Of a stretch of 24,000 nt of DNA, positions 1 to 8,554 are shown in pieces. A program made the position numbers and the translations under genes. Within the stretch, counting starts at the first letter, position 1. Every line of letters begins with the position of its first letter. The notes under the pieces were generated by a model. The model did not search any database. It saw only the letters and a list, made by a program, of their open reading frames with translations, and was not told where the DNA came from. Source of the DNA: an uncultured Clostridiaceae bacterium (GTDB taxonomy: Bacteria > Bacillota > Clostridia > TANB77 > CAG-465); contig CAZXLZ010000012.1 of assembly GCA_964642045.1 (NCBI GenBank), positions 2,820 to 26,819 on the forward strand. Reading direction: 5' to 3'.

Positions 1-2
1 TA

Positions 3-812
3 TCTGGATATAAATTTGATTTAAATTTACATGCAGTAGGTGAAATTATAGATGATAAATATGCATTATATGAAGTTCTAAAATCCAAGAATATTAATAC
101 TGCTGAACATAGAATAGTATATAGTAAAAATAATAAATTAGATTATGCAGTAGGATGTAATACATATGAATATGTAAAGGATTACTTTAGGGATAATAAA
201 AATAATATAGTATTAAAACCAAATAGTGGTACATGTGGAATTGATGTATATAATGTGAGTGATATAAATGAAATTAATAATATACTGGATAAATTATTTG
301 AAAAAAATCATTCTATTAGTATATCTCCATTTTATGACATAAAGCATGAATATAGGGTAATAATGTTAAATGGTAAGGTAAAGCTCATATATGTAAAAAA
401 GTTACCTATAGTAATTGGTGATGGAAAGAAAACTATAAGAGAGCTTCTTATTTCATTTAATGAGGGCTTTTTTATAGATAAATTACAAGATAAAAAGTAT
501 GACATAGTGCTTAAAGAAGGTGAAAGTTTTAAATATAATTGGAAGTTTAACTTATCTCAAGGCTCAGTAGCAAGAAGAGTAGAAGATAATATTTTGCTAG
601 AAAAACTATCTTTAATTGCAAAACATGCATCAGATGAAATAAATCTAAATTTTGGTAGTATTGATATAATAGAAACTGTAGATGGTGAATTCTTGATTTT
701 AGAAATAAATAGTGGTGTAATGCTAGAAAATTATATAAGACTTAATCCTAATGATTATCATATTGCTAAGGATATTTATAAAGAGGCAGTAGATAGTTTA
801 TTTGATAAATAA
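3..812 (+). CDS. ATP-grasp domain protein (cyanophycin synthetase / glutathione synthetase-like), 5' truncated by window edge
   Basis: Frame open from nt 3 (SGYKFDLNLHAVGEIIDDKYALYEVLK...) continuous with the 255..812 ORF; NIVLKPNSGTCGIDVY, IVIGDGKKTIRELL and C-terminal EINSG are ATP-grasp-like. Confidence 0.7.
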   Translation, partial: SGYKFDLNLHAVGEIIDDKYALYEVLKSKNINTAEHRIVYSKNNKLDYAVGCNTYEYVKDYFRDNKNNIVLKPNSGTCGIDVYNVSDINEINNILDKLFEKNHSISISPFYDIKHEYRVIMLNGKVKLIYVKKLPIVIGDGKKTIRELLISFNEGFFIDKLQDKKYDIVLKEGESFKYNWKFNLSQGSVARRVEDNILLEKLSLIAKHASDEINLNFGSIDIIETVDGEFLILEINSGVMLENYIRLNPNDYHIAKDIYKEAVDSLFDK

Positions 813-845
813 AAACATACCGATCAAATAGTGGTCGGTATGTTT
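813..845. terminator. Bidirectional intrinsic terminator between convergent genes
   Basis: AAACATACCGA(813-823)...TCGGTATGTTT(835-845) perfect 11-bp stem, A/T runs on both sides. Confidence 0.75.
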
Positions 846-857
846 AAATTTTTATTA

Positions 858-1844
858 TTAACTATTCCTTTTTATGAAAGTGTCAGTATCAATCTCACCA
901 TCACTATCAAGAATTAAAACTTCTTTGTGAAGAGTTATATTAAAGAGTTCTTTTATTTTATTAATAGAATATGAAAATAGTTTAGCAACATCTTTATCGT
1001 TTGTATTTGTACCTGTTATAAAAAATCTGCTACCATAATCACTATATTTTGCACCATTATAATTACAATTAAAACAGTCATTTTCTCTTACTATATCTGG
1101 AAAAGATTTGCCTATTTGTTTTCTTAAATGTGCATTTGACCATAAAGAGCCTGCACATCCTTCTTCAAAACCAAATTTTAGTGAAGTACTTCTTTTATTT
1201 ATCTGTTCATTATATTTTTTCTTTACTAACTCTTTCCCAATAAATTCAGATTTTAATATAACTTCTTTTACAAAATATCTAGTTTTATATCTATTTTCTC
1301 TTTTTATAAAGCTATCTCTATCACCAAAGAAATTTTCATCAGGTTTAACTGTAATTTCTTTTCCTTCTTTAAAGTCATATAAAGTTATTTCTTGTACATA
1401 GTCGCTAAAGCTTTTTTTAGTAGGATTCCAACCAGAGTTACCAACTACTCCTGAACCAATCATTCCTGGGATTCCTGTAAAAGCTGCAAAATCATATCCC
1501 ATTTCCATTGTATAATTTACAAACTTTGATACTATAACGTTACTTGTAATTTTAAAAGTATTATTTTCTTTGTCAAAAATTATGGTGTCATTTTTAGGAC
1601 TAATATCTACAAAAAGGCCATCATAGCCATTATCTGTTATATATAAATTTGTATGAAGTCCAAATATTTTAAAAGATATATCTTTCTTGTATAGCTCATG
1701 AAGTGCATCTAAATCCATTTCTAAACCTTCATTAAATATTAACTGATAATAATATTTTGCATTTCCAGCTTTTTTCTTAAACCCATGTTTATTTGATAAG
1801 TTATAATCGCATTCTATTTTGTGACTAAAATTTACGTTTAACAT
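858..1844 (-). CDS. Divergent MurB-like FAD-dependent UDP-N-acetylenolpyruvoylglucosamine reductase family protein
   Basis: AAFTGIPGMIGSGVVGNSG resembles the MurB IPG-x-x-GG/A-x-x-x-NAG segment; CAGSLWSN resembles the GS-x-F-KNP region. Confidence 0.65.
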   Translation of the reverse strand: MLNVNFSHKIECDYNLSNKHGFKKKAGNAKYYYQLIFNEGLEMDLDALHELYKKDISFKIFGLHTNLYITDNGYDGLFVDISPKNDTIIFDKENNTFKITSNVIVSKFVNYTMEMGYDFAAFTGIPGMIGSGVVGNSGWNPTKKSFSDYVQEITLYDFKEGKEITVKPDENFFGDRDSFIKRENRYKTRYFVKEVILKSEFIGKELVKKKYNEQINKRSTSLKFGFEEGCAGSLWSNAHLRKQIGKSFPDIVRENDCFNCNYNGAKYSDYGSRFFITGTNTNDKDVAKLFSYSINKIKELFNITLHKEVLILDSDGEIDTDTFIKRNS

Positions 1845-1901
1845 ATTTCCTCCTAATTAATTACATAAAGATGATATCATAATATTTATTTTTATACAAG
1901 A

Positions 1902-1945
1902 AAAACACTACTAAAATATGTTTAATCATATTTTAGTAGTGTTTT
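1902..1945 (-). terminator. Intrinsic terminator of the lipoprotein gene
   Basis: AAAACACTACTAAAATATG / CATATTTTAGTAGTGTTTT, perfect 19-bp stem with 6-nt loop, immediately 3' of the minus-strand ORF. Confidence 0.75.
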
Positions 1946-1950
1946 AAAAA

Positions 1951-2721
1951 TTATTTTAGGAAAAATTCCTCGGCTGTAATATCATTTATATAAAGATCTC
2001 CATTTTCAGTTAAGCTATATACAGCGCAGGCATTTGAAGAGTTTTGATAGAACCTTACTTTATAAAGGTAAAGTGAATTCATCTTTTTAGAAAGATCTTC
2101 TAAAAAAGCATTTTCAGCTATACCGTAGTTTTGATGAGTATAATCTTCATATGATTTTTGAAGTTCATCTAAGCTATCAGGAATTGAGGGCAAATCTTCC
2201 ATATATATTGAGTTTGATACTTTTAAATCTGTTTCATTACCATCTATAACAAGATGCATATCATGATTTGTCCATATTATGCTTATTTCATCATCTACTA
2301 TAACAAATCTCGGTTCATTCTCAATTTTGTCTTGAAATTTGATAAGTAAATTGTATGTTTCTTCTGATGGTGATTTAAATCCATCACTTAATGCTTTCGC
2401 GTAGGCAGCTTCAAAATTTCCATCTATTACAGTTGGTAATAACTGGTGATTAAAAGAGGGCTGTGTATTTTCATAGTCATCTATCAAATATTCACATGAA
2501 TTAAAAAATGTTTCATTGATAGCAGTGCTATAACTTTCTGTAGTTGTTTCTACAGGAATTATAGAGTGTGCTTCAGAAGTATAACTTTCATATACATCAT
2601 ATGAATTAGTAATTGCTATTTGCATATCACTATTATTTATAACAGTATTGCTGTTTGTACATCCTGTAATAATAAGCACAAGCGCTAAAACAATAGATGT
2701 AATAATAATTTTAGATTTCAT
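1951..2721 (-). CDS. Predicted lipoprotein of unknown function
   Basis: MKSKIIITSIVLALVLIITGCTNS: signal peptide with lipobox; 256-aa ORF with flanking terminator. Confidence 0.75.
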   Translation of the reverse strand: MKSKIIITSIVLALVLIITGCTNSNTVINNSDMQIAITNSYDVYESYTSEAHSIIPVETTTESYSTAINETFFNSCEYLIDDYENTQPSFNHQLLPTVIDGNFEAAYAKALSDGFKSPSEETYNLLIKFQDKIENEPRFVIVDDEISIIWTNHDMHLVIDGNETDLKVSNSIYMEDLPSIPDSLDELQKSYEDYTHQNYGIAENAFLEDLSKKMNSLYLYKVRFYQNSSNACAVYSLTENGDLYINDITAEEFFLK

Positions 2722-2863
2722 TAATTGTTACCTCCAAATTTTTCAGTTTTTATTTGACCTAGTTTTAGTCAAATTACATTGTTTTAATTTGTGTAATTAT
2801 ATCATAATTTACATAAAATGTAAAGACCAACTTAAAATGAGTAGCAATTTTTGTATAATTTTG

Positions 2864-2892
2864 TTGATAAAAATAGACTTTTGTGTTATAAA
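2864..2892 (+). promoter_or_regulatory. SigA-type promoter for ABC transporter operon
   Basis: TTGATA-N17-TATAAA upstream of 2924 start. Confidence 0.6.
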
Positions 2893-2923
2893 GATACAAG
2901 CGTAGATGTAAAGAGGAAATAAT

Positions 2924-4684
2924 ATGAAAAATAGTTTTTTTGGAAGAACTCTAAAAGGTGCAAAATTGTATTTAGCAAGTGCAATCATATTAAGTATTGC
3001 ATATTCCAAACTTTTGATATATGTCCCAATGTTTATAAAGTATGCTCTTGATGGTGTCATAATGGGAAATGAGAGTGTAATACCGTGGATAATAAGTAGT
3101 TTATTTTACTTAGATAATAAAGTATATAAAATAGTAATTCTTGCACTAACTTTAATAGTGGTCAACATACTTATATTCATTGTAAATTATTTAAAAAGCA
3201 AGGTTAATACAAAGTTTAATTTAAGGATAAACAGGAATGTTAAGAACATAATTTTAGAGCATATACCTAAGATAGAGTATATGGAGTTTAGTAAAATTGA
3301 TAAATCTAATGTAATACAAAGAGTTAATAATGATGCTGCTACATATGCAGAGTTTTTTAATTCTCAAATAAATATTTTCTTTGATACAATATTTATAATA
3401 ATATTTGCTGTAGCTGAGACTTTAAAATTAAATGTTACAGTTGGGATATTTATTGCTATAATTTGCATGCTAATAGTTATAATTTCAATTTGGTTTTTTA
3501 GGGTTTCTAAGCCTCTAGTAGAAGATACAGTTGAAATGAATAAAGAAGTAATTAATAAAACTACAATAGCTGTAGAAGAATCTAAAATGCTGAAGATATT
3601 TAACAGACAAGATAAAGAAATATCAGATTTTATAAATATGAATAATGAATATAAGAGAAAAGATATAAAGCTTGCAAGACTAAAAGTAATATACGGAATA
3701 ACAACACATAATTTAAGAAATTTTAAAGAGCCTTTTATATTGCTTTTTGGTGGAATTTTAGTTGTAAAAGGAGAGCTTACTTTAGCTGGAATATCAATAC
3801 TTTTAACATATAGTACAAAAATACTTGAGTATGTATATAAATCTGTGGATAAACTAAAAGAAATTAATGAATTTATAGTTGCATACAAAAAATTATCTGA
3901 TCTTATGAAGTTAGATGAAAATACTTGTGAAAATCCTTATGTAAGGCTAGATGGTAATATTACTTTTAAAAATGTATCAGTAGAAATAAATGGTAGTATG
4001 ATACTAGAAAACTTAAATTTTACTATTAATAAAGGTGAAAATGTAGCTATAATAGGAGATAATGGCTCAGGAAAGACTATCATTTCAAAAACACTATTTG
4101 GTTTTTATAATTATACAGGAGATATTTATATAGGTGAGAATAATATAAAAAATGTAAATAGAAAGAGTATTACAGACTATATTGGAGTAGTTCTTCAAGA
4201 TACATATCTATTTACAGATACAGTAAAAAATAATATAAATATAACAAATAGGAAAGTTAGTGATAAAAAAGTAATAGAGGTTTTAAAATTATCTGAAATG
4301 TATGAAGATGTTCTCAAGTTTGACGATAAGCTAAATTATATGATAGGAAAAGGTGGAAATAATATTTCAGGCGGGCAGAAACAAAGAATAGCTATAGCAA
4401 GAAGTTTAATTAAAGAAAATAGTTTTATTATTTTTGATGATTCACTATCAAAACTTGATACTAAGACAAAACTTAGTATACTAAACAATATTATAAAAAT
4501 GAAAATGGGTAGCATCATTATATCACATGATAAAGAAGCTTTAAAAAAATGTGATAAGGTTTTATTTATACGTGATAAAACTATAAAAACAGGGACACAT
4601 GATGAGTTAATGGAAAATGATAGTCTATATAAAGATATTATAGATGTCCATAATAATAAAATTTTAGAGGAAGAGGAAATATAA
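2924..4684 (+). CDS. ABC exporter half-transporter (TMD-NBD), degenerate Walker-B type
   Basis: GDNGSGKT Walker A, ISGGQKQRIAIARSL signature, FIIFDDSLSKLD Walker B/D-loop, N-terminal membrane domain. Confidence 0.9.
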   Translation: MKNSFFGRTLKGAKLYLASAIILSIAYSKLLIYVPMFIKYALDGVIMGNESVIPWIISSLFYLDNKVYKIVILALTLIVVNILIFIVNYLKSKVNTKFNLRINRNVKNIILEHIPKIEYMEFSKIDKSNVIQRVNNDAATYAEFFNSQINIFFDTIFIIIFAVAETLKLNVTVGIFIAIICMLIVIISIWFFRVSKPLVEDTVEMNKEVINKTTIAVEESKMLKIFNRQDKEISDFINMNNEYKRKDIKLARLKVIYGITTHNLRNFKEPFILLFGGILVVKGELTLAGISILLTYSTKILEYVYKSVDKLKEINEFIVAYKKLSDLMKLDENTCENPYVRLDGNITFKNVSVEINGSMILENLNFTINKGENVAIIGDNGSGKTIISKTLFGFYNYTGDIYIGENNIKNVNRKSITDYIGVVLQDTYLFTDTVKNNINITNRKVSDKKVIEVLKLSEMYEDVLKFDDKLNYMIGKGGNNISGGQKQRIAIARSLIKENSFIIFDDSLSKLDTKTKLSILNNIIKMKMGSIIISHDKEALKKCDKVLFIRDKTIKTGTHDELMENDSLYKDIIDVHNNKILEEEEI

Positions 4685-4795
4685 AAGTGTTAAAAGAAAT
4701 TTTAAAAGACTATAAAAAGCAGGTAGTAAAGGTAGCAGTTCGGCTGCACCTTAGCTAGTATTACAATTGTTGCTTTTATAGCCTATACAATAGTA

Positions 4796-6379
4796 ATGGT
4801 AGAATATGCAATACCTAGTAAAAATATAAATTTAATAATTATGCTTGGCCTTAGTTACTTTGGCATTAATATCTTAAGAGCTATTTTTACATTTTTTGAA
4901 GATCTTACTTATGATAGCCTTGTAAAAGAAATTAGTGCAGACTATCGTGAGAAAATATATGTAAAATTGCAAAATCTGAATCAGAGCAGTATAGATAAGA
5001 TAAAAGTAGGAGAGATACTAGAAAATATAGTGAATGATACTAAAGAACTTCCAAGATGGTATACAACTGGAATATGTAGACCATCTTTCATGGGTTTAGT
5101 TAGGCTTATAGGTACTCTTGTAGTTTTAGCTTATCTAGATATACCAATCGTTATAATAACGCTCGCTATATACATGCTAGGCTTTTTTGTAGCACATATA
5201 TTTAATAAAAAATCTATAAAATATACTAAATTAAAAAGGGAAGCAAATGCTAAGATACTTAACTTTTCTAATGAGCAAGTGCAAGGTTGTTCGACAATAA
5301 AGGCACTAGAAATAGAAAAGGAAAGATTAAAAGAGTTAAAAGAGCTTTTATCAAAGTATGAAAAGGTAACTGATAAACTAGAAAAAAATATTAGAATATA
5401 TAACTGTTTATATGATTTTATAGTATCTTTTGTTGGAGTAACAAACATATTTATAGGATCTATTAGTGTACAAAGTGGTATAATAGCATATAGCGCAATG
5501 ATAATACTTGCAAGATATATATCATCTCCTGAAACTTATGCCAAGTGGGTAATAGAAGGTTTTCAGTATAGGAATGTTGGCAGAATATCTTATGAAAGAA
5601 TAAGAAATATTTTAACAAAAGAAGAGGAAAATGTTGATATAGGGGAAAACTTAACCAAAGTTGACACAATAAAATTTAACAATGTGAGTTTTTCTTATGA
5701 TGGAATAAGTAATGTTCTTAATGGTATATCATTTGAGGTAAATAGGAATGAGAGTATTGCTTTAATTGGTAGGACTGGAAGTGGAAAGACAAGTTTGGTA
5801 AATCTACTTTGTAGATTTTATGAAGTAGATAAAAATAATATGATTGAAATAAATGGAAGAGATTATAAAGATTATAGTATAAGAAGTCTTAGAAGTAAAA
5901 TAGGATATATAATGCAAAAAGTAGTAATATTTGATGGTACAATTTATGAGAATATAAATTATGCAGATAAGGATATTTCTAAAGATGAGATAATAAGAGT
6001 TTGTAAAAGATTAAATTTACATGATAAGATTAGTAGCTTAAAAAATGGATATGATACAAAAATTAGTAGTGATACCGATATATTTTCAGCTGGTGAAAAA
6101 CAGTTATTAAATTTCGCTAGAGTTATGATATTTAATCCTGAAATAATAATATTAGATGAAGCAACATCATCTCTTTCATATAAGTCAGAAATGATGGTAA
6201 GAAAAGCAGTAGAAGAAATAACAAAAGGAAAGATTAGTTTTATTATTGCACACAGACTTTCTACAATCAAAAATTGTGATAAAATATTACTTATGAAAGA
6301 AGGATGTGTGATAGAAGAAGGAACACATGATGAGCTTATGAAAAAGCAAGGAGAGTATTATAATTTAGTTTGTGCATAA
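4796..6379 (+). CDS. ABC exporter half-transporter, second subunit; annotated from first in-frame ATG but the true 5' end probably lies at GTG 4687 in another frame (putative frameshift)
   Basis: GRTGSGKT Walker A, FSAGEKQLLNFARVM signature, IIILDEATSSLS Walker B; upstream frame encodes LKEILKDYKKQVVKVAV with RBS gaggaa, then open LASITIVAFIAYTIVM in frame of 4796. Confidence 0.85.
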   Translation: MVEYAIPSKNINLIIMLGLSYFGINILRAIFTFFEDLTYDSLVKEISADYREKIYVKLQNLNQSSIDKIKVGEILENIVNDTKELPRWYTTGICRPSFMGLVRLIGTLVVLAYLDIPIVIITLAIYMLGFFVAHIFNKKSIKYTKLKREANAKILNFSNEQVQGCSTIKALEIEKERLKELKELLSKYEKVTDKLEKNIRIYNCLYDFIVSFVGVTNIFIGSISVQSGIIAYSAMIILARYISSPETYAKWVIEGFQYRNVGRISYERIRNILTKEEENVDIGENLTKVDTIKFNNVSFSYDGISNVLNGISFEVNRNESIALIGRTGSGKTSLVNLLCRFYEVDKNNMIEINGRDYKDYSIRSLRSKIGYIMQKVVIFDGTIYENINYADKDISKDEIIRVCKRLNLHDKISSLKNGYDTKISSDTDIFSAGEKQLLNFARVMIFNPEIIILDEATSSLSYKSEMMVRKAVEEITKGKISFIIAHRLSTIKNCDKILLMKEGCVIEEGTHDELMKKQGEYYNLVCA

Positions 6380-6401
6380 GGTAAAGAAAGAGTATAAAAA
6401 T

Positions 6402-6440
6402 AAAGAATACTAAATTTTTTAGCATTCTTTATTTTTTTAT
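6402..6440. terminator. Bidirectional intrinsic terminator
   Basis: AAAGAATACTAAA...TTTAGCATTCTTT stem (one G-T pair) followed by ATTTTTTTA, between convergent units. Confidence 0.7.
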
Positions 6441-6441
6441 C

Positions 6442-7125
6442 TTATTTATCACTCCATATATCTTTGTTTATAAACTGAGTAAGAGCCATGATAAAAGCAG
6501 ACTTTGTTAAATCTATTCTGGTAATTTGACCATTTGTTAAATTACCAATTCCGCCAACAGAACTTTTAAGATCTTTTTCGTCAAATATCTTGTCCATAAC
6601 TGTTCCAAGCTCTGTAGATATTATTTCATCTACATATTTTAAAGGAACAGGGTAGGCAGGACCTACGCCGACACTTTCATAACCGCTATTATCTTTTATA
6701 ACAGCAACGTTCATGATAACCCATTTTCCAAATAGGTTTACAATGCCTGATTCTACAGCTAAGAAATAATCTGCATGTAATTTGTGTTTTTTAGCATATT
6801 TAATTAGGTTATCTACACGGTTTTTAGCACCTTGATAAGTTTCATCATTAACAGGCTCATTACTTACACCAGAATCTACAGGGATGCCTTCTATTTCTAC
6901 AGTTTCAAAGTAGAGCTTGAAAGCTTCCATTGCTCCTTCTATTTTTCCAGGATTTTTGGTACCTATTAGAAGATTAGTAGTATGTATTAGAATATTAGTA
7001 GTAGGAAATGCCTCAATTCCTTCTCTTACAGGTGTAATATATAGAGGTTTATATGGTGGATCTGATCTTCTCATAGGTCTGGGTTTCCTCGGCAAAATAT
7101 GTCTTCTATCATGAATCATTCTCAT
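6442..7125 (-). CDS. Inosine/xanthosine triphosphatase-like (YjjX/DUF84) protein with about 48-aa N-terminal extension carrying the YITPVREGIEAFP motif
   Basis: LLIGTKNPGKIEGAMEAF, FLAVESGI, PLKYVDEI, GGIGNLTNGQITRIDLTKSAFIMAL typical of DUF84; RBS aaaggag upstream of ATG at 7125. Confidence 0.8.
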   Translation of the reverse strand: MRMIHDRRHILPRKPRPMRRSDPPYKPLYITPVREGIEAFPTTNILIHTTNLLIGTKNPGKIEGAMEAFKLYFETVEIEGIPVDSGVSNEPVNDETYQGAKNRVDNLIKYAKKHKLHADYFLAVESGIVNLFGKWVIMNVAVIKDNSGYESVGVGPAYPVPLKYVDEIISTELGTVMDKIFDEKDLKSSVGGIGNLTNGQITRIDLTKSAFIMALTQFINKDIWSDK

Positions 7126-7300
7126 TTTCTCCTTTTTCTTCTTTTTTATCTTTTAGCCTATCAAAAGTGGGAAATGCTTTATTTCCTGCTCTTGTAGGTG
7201 TAATATATGGAGGCTTATGATTTTCTTTTATTACAACTTTACTATCATCTCTACGTTGTAATCTACAATTATCCAAAGTATCATAATGTTTTATAGACAT
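7109..7300 (-). CDS. 63-aa small protein with PPYITPTRAGNKAFP motif
   Basis: Strong RBS (aaggagggtaagtatATG); overlaps next gene by 17 nt; paralogous to the 7314..7505 product. Confidence 0.8.
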   Translation of the reverse strand: MSIKHYDTLDNCRLQRRDDSKVVIKENHKPPYITPTRAGNKAFPTFDRLKDKKEEKGENENDS

Positions 7301-7313
7301 ATACTTACCCTCC

Positions 7314-7505
7314 TTAACTGTTATTTTTAGTGCTAGTTATAGGATTAGTAGTTACATTTTTTAGAATTCTAGAAACAGGAAACGCCTTGTTTCCTTCTCT
7401 TGTAGGTTCCATATATTTAGGTTTGTGCATTTCTTTTTGTATAGGTCTTTCACGGACACTCCAAATTCCTTTACGAACTCCTTTAAAAGCATTGTAGTGC
7501 TTCAT
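7314..7505 (-). CDS. 63-aa small protein with PKYMEPTREGNKAFP motif
   Basis: Internal ATG at 7505 (MKHYNAFKG...) has RBS gaaagga and avoids overlapping the upstream gene; shares the KHY start and PTRxGNKAFP motif with 7109..7300. Confidence 0.75.
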   Translation of the reverse strand: MKHYNAFKGVRKGIWSVRERPIQKEMHKPKYMEPTREGNKAFPVSRILKNVTTNPITSTKNNS

Positions 7506-7524
7506 AGTGTTATACCATCCTTTC

Positions 7525-7959
7525 TTACCTTGTAGGTAACTTTTCCCAATCACAAAATTCAGCAATTGGTATTTTGGAATATGTAAAAAAGTTACCATGT
7601 TCATCTTTAATTGCAGGGATAAGAGTAACCTTTAAGGTTTCATTTGATAAATCAACTATAAGCTGGTCGGTTTCTTCTACACGTATTCCAGCTTCATCAG
7701 GAACGAGAATTGATTCGGGATGTGGTACCATTCCTTTATCATTTACTTTCCATTTAGGACGAGGAATTCTTTTTCCAGTTGACCTTCCACGAACGAGTCT
7801 GCCGCACGAATCTTTTAACCAAATAAATTCATCGCATTCAAGCTCAGATTGCCTTTTTTCAGCACATTCAGCGCAGATAAGAGGAGCAGTATCAGAGTAT
7901 GGTCTCCAAAGTTTTACTTTTGATTTTCCACAAAGAGTGCAAGCATAAGAATTATCCAT
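7525..7959 (-). CDS. Putative zinc-binding protein, phage-type hypothetical
   Basis: CTLCGKSKVKLWRPYS...LICAECAEKRQ (CxxC...CxxC), RBS agaaagga upstream of ATG. Confidence 0.75.
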   Translation of the reverse strand: MDNSYACTLCGKSKVKLWRPYSDTAPLICAECAEKRQSELECDEFIWLKDSCGRLVRGRSTGKRIPRPKWKVNDKGMVPHPESILVPDEAGIRVEETDQLIVDLSNETLKVTLIPAIKDEHGNFFTYSKIPIAEFCDWEKLPTR

Positions 7960-8015
7960 TATGTTTTCCTTTCTGCAAATTTGCTTTAATTTAAGATATT
8001 GCTATGATTGGCAAG

Positions 8016-8044
8016 ATTATATCATACTTTAAGCTAAATATCAA
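8016..8044 (-). promoter_or_regulatory. SigA-type promoter for the 7959->6442 operon
   Basis: Minus strand TTGATA-N17-TATAAT (8044-8016). Confidence 0.7.
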
Positions 8045-8074
8045 TTTAAACAGGTAGAAAAACATGGTTAATAA

Positions 8075-8554
8075 TTAATTTCTTTCGTATTCTTCTAAGG
8101 CTTCACCCAATATATTACCAAATTTTGTTAAGTAATTTTTAGTATGATCAGTCATGTTATCTGGCAATTTATCTATACCAAACCACTGAAGTTTTTTAGA
8201 CTCATTATCATTAATTTTTAAACTTCCACTATATTTCTTTACAACAATTATAGCTGTAATATCATAAAGCTCATCACCATTTGGATACTTCCTATATGTT
8301 TCTTTACCTGATAGAACTCTTGTTATTTTAGATGATATCATATCAAGATTAGTTTCTTCTTTTAATTCTCTTTGAGCAGTTTCTTCAAAACTCTCTCCAA
8401 GTTCCATGGATCCACCAGGAAATCCCCATTTGTTATAATCTGTACGAAGCTGCATAAGAACTTCTTTTTTTTCATTAAAAACAATTATACCTACTCCAGC
8501 AGTTAGAATTGGACTATGTCCAACATATTTTCTTAAATCACTAATATAACTCAT
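8075..8554 (-). CDS. NUDIX hydrolase
   Basis: NUDIX box GGSMELGESFEETAQRELKEETNL; start chosen at ATG 8554 (RBS aggaagtg) rather than GTG 8563. Confidence 0.9.
   Translation of the reverse strand: MSYISDLRKYVGHSPILTAGVGIIVFNEKKEVLMQLRTDYNKWGFPGGSMELGESFEETAQRELKEETNLDMISSKITRVLSGKETYRKYPNGDELYDITAIIVVKKYSGSLKINDNESKKLQWFGIDKLPDNMTDHTKNYLTKFGNILGEALEEYERN

Noticed and set aside
1108-1401. 97-aa plus-strand ORF
   Set aside because: Antisense shadow inside the MurB-like gene.
3364-3888. 174-aa minus-strand ORF inside the ABC transporter
   Set aside because: Low-complexity antisense shadow of a strong coding region; likewise 4336..4518, 5131..5448, 5463..5669 and 5959..6270.
7574-7948. 124-aa plus-strand ORF antisense to the zinc-binding gene
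   Set aside because: Entirely opposite a better-supported ORF with RBS and CxxC motifs; product has no recognisable features.
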